A stretch of DNA of 64,000 bases from positions 2,790,001 to 2,854,000 of the forward strand of contig OX337235.1 in the NCBI GenBank assembly GCA_946965045.2. The letters run 5' to 3'. The translations under genes were made by a program, and so were the position numbers. The notes beneath the pieces were generated by a model, which was given only the letters and a program-made list of their open reading frames with translations, was not told the DNA's origin and made no database searches. Positions 55,966-64,000 of the stretch are shown here, piece by piece. Every line of letters starts with the position of its first letter. Positions within the stretch are counted from its first letter, which is position 1. This DNA is from Epithemia pelagica (lineage: Eukaryota; Protista; Bacillariophyta).

Positions 55966-56538
55966 GATATATGGAAGATAGAACTAGATATACAATTGAC
56001 AGAGATCGATCCGAAGGAGACGGAGACACAAGACAAGAGACGCACTGCTATTCAGTCAGCGAGGAGACACAAGCAATGGCGACGCGAGGAAAATCGACGA
56101 AATCTGACAGCGTCCGTTTTCAACGAGGGCCGATACTTACTCCTTCACCTTCAGGAGGACTCAACGCATCGTATCAATCAAAAATTGAAGTGATAGTGGA
56201 ATGTCTGTCCCCCCGCTGGAGAAGAGACCCTTGACTGTCGACTGTAAGTCGTCCGTTTGATTCTGACGCGAATGTTCTCTTTCTCATTTTTGACTGCGGC
56301 TGAACAAGACGGCAGATTGACTGACATACCTGGGGTGAACTACCTACTCCTTCTGCTTTTAATTGACAGACATAGCTGGACGGGACTCCTCGGATCCAAT
56401 TTCTTAACAAAATCGAGGTTGTCAGTATTCGTATGAGTCCAAGTAAGGCTAGATCGGGCGTTTCACAACTCGGAGCATCATGTTGTTCTGGTTGTCTCAT
56501 GTTATATCATCATACGATTAATCCTAGCCATTTGTCTG

Positions 56539-58915
56539 CTAATAGTAGCCTTTCCACGTTTCCTTTTTACCCTTGTCGTCGTCGCCCTTGCTCTTTTTCC
56601 TTGTCTTTAGTGTTTTGACTTTCTTTCCATGACTGTCATTCATGGAATCCTTTTTGCCTTTTTTGCCATGGTTGTCCTTGGCATTTTGTTCCTTGGTGGA
56701 CTTGACACAGGGATAACACTCGAATAAATTGTTGGGATCCACGGCCGTTTTAATCTTGATCAATCGGTCTTGTACCTGGGTGCCCCAAATGGATTCCTCC
56801 ACACTAATGCACTTTGCCTCCTTTTCTTGTACGGTCAGTTCACAGGACAGGGTTGTGTCCAATCCTCCTTGAGTGGTCCAAAGGAATCGGAACACAAGTG
56901 ATTGATTTCACTCACACCCGGAAACAACCCACTCATTGGAGCGCTGCTTTTCACGGAAGCCTGTAACAATTTACTTTGCTGCTGGGTGTCCAATAAGGAC
57001 AACATGGCCGTGGTTAATCCAGATTGTCGATGGGCATGGGAAATAGCCGTCGTTTGATCATGGGCGGTGGCCACTCGACCTCCCGTCGTGTGCATTCCGG
57101 GAATGGTGGTCAGAACCGTAGCAATCTCTACGCGATCCACCATGTTCGATTGTTGCAGCCATTCCAACGGAATTTGCGCGCTGCACCATCCACCGCTTTG
57201 CCGTCCTTGTCCGTTGGTGGGTGCTCCTGCGGTGGTGTGGGGCTGCAGGGTACTCCCAAAATCCGGCAAAATTCCGGGCAAGGGTCGATCGGGAATCTTT
57301 CCTGGTGGATGCCAGGGGTCGGTTGCAAAGGCTGCATAGGCTTCCGGATAGCTGTCAAAGGTAGCCAAAGCAAACAAGTTTTGTACATTGTCCACAAGGG
57401 CTGGATCCAATCCACCCAACTGTGGGGGTACCACGGCCGCGGCCGAAACAACCGCTTGCCAGGCTTGTAATACCGGCGTACCCAATCCATCATAGCATCC
57501 CATGACCGAGCCTTGCAAAAAATTAAATTCCAACAAAGGTGCCCCACATTGGTCCGCAATCTCAGATGTTAGGCCAATCCGTTGTGGATGAAACAAAACA
57601 TCGACAAAAACAGGGCCACAAGGCCCACAATGGGAGCCAACCGCATTGACAATCCCTCCATGTCCGTACCATCCGCACTCAAGGATTGTACCAAACTCGT
57701 CGCTTGCGCTTCATGGACAAAAACCACGTCCCGTGGTCGCGCCGGATGCAATTGGTACACAACGGACGTGACAATTCCATATGTGCCACCCCCGCCGCCT
57801 CGTACAGCAAACCATAAATCAGCAAAGGGAGGTTCGGGATGCAAACATGGCTTCCATTCCCATTCGTCATCCTTGTCCTGGGCTTCATGGACATTGAAAT
57901 TGCAGTACCCCGTCACGACCGTTGTTTGAGGATACACAAAGCCTGGCGCGTCCTGCCATGCCGTGGGTCCAAATTTCACGTGTCGGCCATCCGCCAAGAC
58001 CATTTGTAATTCCAAAACTTGATCCACTCCCAATCCATTTTGTTGTTCCATCCCCGTACTCCACCCGCCTCCCTGCAACCATCCACCGGCTGCTCCGATA
58101 CTTCCTGCCCCACCACCCACAGCTTCGTAGGAGTTGACCGTTTGACCGAGAGCCTGTGACGCCAACAAGGCCAGGTACACGTCACTCCATACCTCGCCGC
58201 CACCCACTTGGACGACTGCATGTTTGCCTCGTGCCCGGGCCAGCCGACAAGCGGCCTGAAATGGACGAGCATTTGGGTCATTGTCCCCTTCTTCATCATC
58301 TTCTTTCAGAACTGTATCGCATTCGGTAATGGAATGTGCACTGTACGATTTCAATTGACGCAAATTCAGTTGCAAGGATCCAGTCAAGGTAGAGGACCCG
58401 GTGTAACTATGTCCAGTGGATTTGATGGAAATGGGGACTTGTCGTTGTTTGGCCCATTCCACGGCTTGTACCACATGACTCACGGTTTCGGGAAAGGTGA
58501 TGAAGCGAAGAAAATTCCAGCTTGTCGTCGACGACAGCGAGTTTTGTAGCCGCAGTACTGGATCCTCACCACCCGCACCACCGCCAGAATTGGCATTTTG
58601 TAGCACTTGTTCAATAAAGGGATCCAAGCTTGTGCCATTGCACTTGGCAAAGGCACAGGACAAGTGATCGGCACACAATCCAGAGGGCTTGGCCATTAAA
58701 TCAAAGTTGCTTTATCGAACTGGAAAGGCCGCTACACCTGGATGCAGTTCTGGTTCGCAACAATTCTCGGCAAAGGGTGGAACACATTCATCGAACCAAT
58801 CTTGACGATTCACGGTTTGAATCGCAAGCTCATGCTTGTTCTTTTCCTCTGATTTGCCTCCCTGTACCTCCTTTGTCGTTGCAAGTACAAGAACGAACAG
58901 CACAAGACGCTGCAT
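56539..58915 (-). pseudogene. Secreted FAD-binding oxidoreductase (berberine-bridge-enzyme-like), disrupted
   Basis: Signal peptide MQRLVLFVLVLA, then SIKSTGHSYTG, GGWLQGGG, GVDQVLELQMVLADG, DLWFAVRGGGGGTYGIVTS and C-terminal IKTAVDPNNLF. In-frame TAA at 58712-58714 and frameshifts near 57600 and 56845. Confidence 0.8.
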
Positions 58916-59584
58916 CAAGTTCAGTGGCAGCTGTTTGCACCACTCCATGGGAAACGTTCTCTTGTAGTGGTGGTCTGGTTGGTGATCTGTCTCCCTCACT
59001 TTCTCTATGAGTTTATTGTGTGCTATCCAACTGCGCGCGAAAACACAGAGGCAATTGGCATCCAAGAAATCCAAAGATCCAAAGCCAAGAATAGATCGAA
59101 CAACACCCAACGCAAAAGGAACGATAGCAGCGCCATGCGCGATGCGCGTGTTCTCACCGGCAAAAATGTGGCGAAGATTTTTGAACGTTCCGTTGTGGCT
59201 TTTGGGGGATTAGGAGATATCCGACGGCGTGCGCGTGGGGGACAAAAACGCCGGGGGTGCCGCCAACAATTTTTGTTTGGCCCATATCCCACAGTCTGGA
59301 GTCCGTGCAGTGCACGGACAATAGAATATAGAATGGGTCGTTCCGTTGCTGCAGAGACGTTCCAATTCAATAGGGTTGGGAATGTTAAATTCCATCTACT
59401 ACGGGTTGATTCCCTGCGATGTGAACGAAAAGCCAATGCCTGGTTCGAAAAAATTGCTTGGACAATCATTTCGACTTGTCAAATAAGGTACTATCATCGA
59501 GTCAATAGGCTACATTATTTTACTAGGTACTGGAATCATGCTATTGACGTTTGCTCTTTAAGAGGCATTTTATAAATTAGGCAC

Positions 59585-62500
59585 CTACATAAGCACGCAT
59601 CCCGAGTGGTCACGCGCTCTCCTAGCTCGATTTCGAAAGTATTGATATTCCTCTCGATCCGTCATTTCTGAAATCATTCCTTGCGAAAAGGTAAACGAGC
59701 CAACTTGATACACTTCACGCTCTCGCATTGACTCAGAGTCCATGTCGGATTCTGACATACTTAGTAGAGCATGGTTCATGCGTTCATTGAGTCGATCCGC
59801 AGCTCGGTCATAGTTATCAGTCATGCGACCAAGGCAAACAGAAGAAGCAATGTTGTTCAACGTTGTAATGGATGAGCGCGCTTTGGATCGCCGAGTTGCA
59901 ATAGCATTCCTCGCTTTCCTTGAGGAATCAGTATCTCTCGAAAGATCGTCATCCATCGGCTCTTTTATTAAACCTATCCCCAGTACCGACGAGCAGAAGG
60001 CCATGGTGTCCATGGAGTAGTCGGTACTTATGCATACAGACTGCTCATCGCGGTCAGGACTCACAACTTCTTCTTGTTGCTGTCTTGATGAACGAGACCT
60101 TCTCTCGCTAGAACGTCCACGATACGGCGCCGGCTTGGGTTTTCGGGCCACCTTCCCCCCTCTTCGGCGGCCAAACAATGAACCCTGTGCTTCCGTTCCA
60201 GTTGTGAGTGAAGAGGAACACTGGAGCTCCGTTCCTCGAACTTGTTGGTTGGATGAAGAATCATTCGTTGTTTCGTCTTTTGGAATTTTTGGTTTCGGAC
60301 CAGTATAGGGGTTTTCTTCCGTAGCGGCCTCAGCATAGACTGTTTTGTGCATCGGGGCATTTTTCGTTGGAACCTCTGGATCGTCCTCGTCGCGAGGAAC
60401 TGCAGCCAGTCGCTTGGACGGACCTCCTGGAACTTTTTTGTGGGGTGTTGTCACTTGTTTCGAAATTTCTGCGTCTGGAAATTGGTCGGATGTCCCATTG
60501 CTACCAAGCTCCCCTGGAACAAGAAGACCACCTTGATATGATAGACTGACTGTAGTTTGTTGCGTCGGCTGGGTCAAAATATCGCGATCCGTGCCGTTTT
60601 GACTCAAGTTCCAATGACTGTTGGGCCTTTGGCCAAGTTCTACAGCATTTTGGAAAGGTCCACGTGGTCGACCAAGCATCAAACGTGCTCTCTCCGTATT
60701 GCCATTTGTAGGAAACATTGCTTCATTCGGAGTTACGTAGTGTCCCTCATGTGTATGTATCCTTGATGCCTCAGTGTCTTGATTTATAGCAACCTCTGCC
60801 ATACCCCGTGGTGACATAAGTTTTCTGCCGTACTCTTGTGCTGCTGACCGAGCTCTCGGGCTTTCTGGTGGATCGCCTCTGGGAGTCGGGGGATCTTCTT
60901 TTCCTCTCGAAGTAGGCGATGTCGGACCAGGGACCAGTGTGGAGTTATTAGTATTCTCTGCGTCGCCCATATTTGTATCACGTATAGGCCTTGGAGAGCT
61001 ATTGGTCAAGTTCTGTCTCGAAGGAGAAGGCCCTGCAGGTGGCCCGTTGAATGAAAACATTTTTGGTTGTCCTTCTGATACATTCACGGCGCCGCCGTCC
61101 CCGTCTACTCTCGATTGAGCATTCCCGACCACTTTGGTCTTGTTGGCATCGCCATTATCTGCATTTTGTACATTTGCTACTGGCGTGGTGCAGGACGTAA
61201 CTCCCTTTAGTCCGACTTCCAGTGGTGCTCGGTTCAGAGCCCGTTCAAGAGAGAGACGTAGCAGTGACAGACTGGTAGGTGTTATAGCTGCGGAACTCCG
61301 GGGTGAATCACTGTGTTTTGGGTTTTGACCGTTTTGTAAAGGAAGTGCAAGAATCTCATTTTGATTCTTGTTCGCTTCTGTTTCGCTACCAACGTCAACA
61401 GCTTTCTCGTCAAACTCGTCACTGTTAGGTTGCATTGAGGTTTCTTCTACTCGACGGGCGGGATTTGTCGTCCTCATTTCCTCTGTTTTGGCATGAGACG
61501 GTATGAGTTCAGGCTTTCCACTTTTCCGCGGTAACCGTCGCGGTGATGCGGAGCGAGTCCCCGTTTCATGCACCACGCTTGCTGTTGAAGTTGAAATGTC
61601 TTTGACCGATCTCGGAGTAGCTACTTGCGGTACGCTTTCGATGAGATGTCCGTCGTCTGTCTCATCCTCTTCGGAAATGTGGTAAGGTGCTGTCTCTGGA
61701 TATTGAGAGTTGGTGTTTTCTACGAAGTTACGTGGACTTGAACGTCGATGCTTTGGACTTGATTGATGAAGGCTTGGAAGTCGTGGACTCAAGTGCCGTG
61801 GACTATCTCTGGCATTTCTAGGACTTTTCTCACCTCGGCTTTTTGTTGAAAAGCTAAGATCCCCTACTTTGAACCGGGGGCTCATTTTCCGGCGCATCAT
61901 CGAAGGAGTGGATGGAGTCTCGCTTGACATGTACTTCTTGTCGCCTTGTTCTTGTGAATACAGTGTTGTTGAGATATGAGGACTGGTATTGCGTGGACTC
62001 AGACCATACTGCATGACGAGAGGACGTCGGCTACCGAGTCGAGTGGCATTCAAATGATGCTCGGTCCTTTGTCGCAGGGTCTCGAGCTTTGCTGTATGAC
62101 TTGGAAGCGTATCATAGATTGAAGAGATTTTGTCTTCCCCAGATACCGAGTCGTCGTCATCCAACCGGGACCGAAGAATCTCGTCCTTCTCCGGGTCATT
62201 CTCTTGGTTTGATTCATCATGATCCGAGGAAGACGATGGTTCCACAGAGGACCAGCTAAACTTTTTCAAGTCCATATCTACGACATCATCGTCAAACTGT
62301 GTAGTTGAGGAATTGCTTGGATCCCCATTGGGTGTTGCAGGGGTTTTTGCAACGTGATTTTCGTCACGATCAACCAGAGGTGAAACTAAATGGCTCATTT
62401 GATTTTGCGACGACATGTGGACAGGTCTTTCAAACTCGCTCGCGACCGTGCCCCCACCATTCGGCCGACGTTGTTCAATGTTATTTGCGTCCCTGTGGAT

Positions 62501-62791
62501 TTTTGAAACCTCATATTTTCGCGATTCCGCTTTGACAGAGTTGTTCAACCTTTCATCGGTTTCATGGCCACCGATCAAAGGTTCACTTTGATTTCCCTCA
62601 CTACCCCGATGAGGACTATTTCGGTGATGAGCGTTGGTAGCTTCATCTACGGTCGCTGTCCGTGCTTTCTGTATTCTACCACGAACAAGTTGTTGCATCT
62701 CTTCGTGCGATACCTTACGAACTGATCCCCCCTCTGTACGTATGGATATCGAATGTCTCGGTGATTGAGAGGTTGTTGAAATAGTCGTCAT
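59585..62791 (-). CDS. Large intrinsically disordered Ser/Pro/Arg-rich hypothetical protein
   Basis: Uninterrupted ~1070-aa ORF with repeated SPR motifs and no recognisable domain. Confidence 0.75.
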   Translation of the reverse strand: MTTISTTSQSPRHSISIRTEGGSVRKVSHEEMQQLVRGRIQKARTATVDEATNAHHRNSPHRGSEGNQSEPLIGGHETDERLNNSVKAESRKYEVSKIHRDANNIEQRRPNGGGTVASEFERPVHMSSQNQMSHLVSPLVDRDENHVAKTPATPNGDPSNSSTTQFDDDVVDMDLKKFSWSSVEPSSSSDHDESNQENDPEKDEILRSRLDDDDSVSGEDKISSIYDTLPSHTAKLETLRQRTEHHLNATRLGSRRPLVMQYGLSPRNTSPHISTTLYSQEQGDKKYMSSETPSTPSMMRRKMSPRFKVGDLSFSTKSRGEKSPRNARDSPRHLSPRLPSLHQSSPKHRRSSPRNFVENTNSQYPETAPYHISEEDETDDGHLIESVPQVATPRSVKDISTSTASVVHETGTRSASPRRLPRKSGKPELIPSHAKTEEMRTTNPARRVEETSMQPNSDEFDEKAVDVGSETEANKNQNEILALPLQNGQNPKHSDSPRSSAAITPTSLSLLRLSLERALNRAPLEVGLKGVTSCTTPVANVQNADNGDANKTKVVGNAQSRVDGDGGAVNVSEGQPKMFSFNGPPAGPSPSRQNLTNSSPRPIRDTNMGDAENTNNSTLVPGPTSPTSRGKEDPPTPRGDPPESPRARSAAQEYGRKLMSPRGMAEVAINQDTEASRIHTHEGHYVTPNEAMFPTNGNTERARLMLGRPRGPFQNAVELGQRPNSHWNLSQNGTDRDILTQPTQQTTVSLSYQGGLLVPGELGSNGTSDQFPDAEISKQVTTPHKKVPGGPSKRLAAVPRDEDDPEVPTKNAPMHKTVYAEAATEENPYTGPKPKIPKDETTNDSSSNQQVRGTELQCSSSLTTGTEAQGSLFGRRRGGKVARKPKPAPYRGRSSERRSRSSRQQQEEVVSPDRDEQSVCISTDYSMDTMAFCSSVLGIGLIKEPMDDDLSRDTDSSRKARNAIATRRSKARSSITTLNNIASSVCLGRMTDNYDRAADRLNERMNHALLSMSESDMDSESMREREVYQVGSFTFSQGMISEMTDREEYQYFRNRARRARDHSGCVLM

Positions 62792-63407
62792 GGTAACATG
62801 CCACAACAAGTTGCCTTACGTCTCTCCAAAGGACACCAATTCTCCAAAAGTAATAAGATTCATAGCGAGGTGGCGATTTTGTGAGCGTATTCTAAATTTA
62901 GCGACTGTATGATAATGAGTACATCGCGCGCGACGGTGCATTCTTTTCTTTCGAACAATGAGCTCACAAAATGGCGAAACTCAAGCCAACCCGGAGACCG
63001 ACGATAAATAAAACTACCGGTAAACAAGATCATGCGTGTAAGAGGTCAGTCTTCCGCAGGGTGTCCGATACGCTATATTGTCCGCTAAGATGATCTCCCA
63101 GTAAACAGAGAGCTCGAAGCCATGTTTTGCAGATAAGATTCTTTCGTAGTAAATACGAATGTCTACATTATTTTATTCTTCTGTCCATCGCGAAAGAAAG
63201 AGAGTCCACAAACTCCAAACTCACGCTATCAACACAGCTACCATACTTCCAACTTTCCATTTTTAAACTCTCTGTCCTCGTTGTACGTGGAAAGAGCGAG
63301 ATTCATCACACCTACGAGCTTCGCCGACAAAGAAGAGCTCCTCAAAAAGCAAAAATTCCCGTTTTAACATAGAGTTATGAATTCAATATATACAGACAGC
63401 TGACTAA

Positions 63408-63990
63408 CTATCGTCGATTGTGCATAAATGCCGTGCCTCTGTCGTATTGAGCACGGTATTTGGACAGCAGCAATTGATAATAGTTCATAATTTTCTTAAT
63501 CGCCTGTGCCTCCGAGAGCTGATCCCATTCACCCGAGGAGTCTGTTCGAAGAAACCTGCCTCCGGCATCTGTCACCCATGCAAAAATCCAGGATGCCACT
63601 GTCTTGCGTTCTTCCGAAGTTTGCGCCCGTCTGTAGTATCCCAACAAGTGCCGCACACGTTCACGGTAAAGCTTATTCCCAGCTGTAATGTACCAGAAAA
63701 CCATGAATGAGTTCAATGTCCAAACACAGAGAATATCATAACGATCAGGCAAGACACTTACAGTAGTTCGAGAAAACCGAAAGACCCATTTCGGAATCCC
63801 CTTGAAGAACATCATTTGGTCCAATCCAAGCCGGTAACTGGAGTTTCGGCGTATAGTGCGTGTTCTTAACTAGCACTGAATAGGGGCCCTGGTTCGAAGA
63901 TGGACCATTTACAAGAGGAGTTCCGTCCTTCTTATCTTGCATCAACTTCGAATAGGGACCTTGATTCTTCGGGGGAACTGGAGGGTGCAT
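63408..63990 (-). CDS. DUF6824-like diatom-type protein, two exons (63762-63990, 63408-63682)
   Basis: Spliced PNDVL...YSGNKLYRERV...Y...RKTVA...GGRFL...W..LS...A.KKI matches the diatom DVLxGRG..HxGN..GGRFL pattern; GT..AG intron at 63683-63761. It could extend beyond the window end. Confidence 0.75.
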
Positions 63991-64000
63991 GGACCCGTAA

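Overview
Eukaryotic genomic DNA, most likely a pennate diatom. Evidence: GT-AG introns, bipartite signal/plastid presequences, a DUF6824-like protein and other diatom-type genes. The left ~35 kb is rich in transposons: a 1.35-kb foldback-like inverted repeat, a Mutator-like MITE with a 10-bp TSD, a 9.8-kb head-to-tail minus-strand array of RTE-like and CRE-like non-LTR retrotransposon pieces, a 117-bp Harbinger-type MITE, a ~6.9-kb hAT element and a 2.55-kb PIF/Harbinger element. The right ~29 kb is mostly ordinary host genes: SNF2-PHD remodeller, RBBP5-like WD protein, EngB GTPase, SGNH-like protein, a disrupted FAD oxidase and a DUF6824-like protein. The best candidate for an undescribed system is the hAT element at ~23971-30875. 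It pairs an uninterrupted ~1350-aa BED-finger DDE transposase with a convergent ORF encoding a Cys-rich N-terminus fused to an endonuclease III/NTH1-type HhH-GPD DNA glycosylase. That domain keeps the catalytic Lys and Asp but has no 4Fe-4S motif. Both genes lie between matching subterminal GACTATAGTC-type repeats. All family assignments come from motif recognition by eye; no database searches were run.
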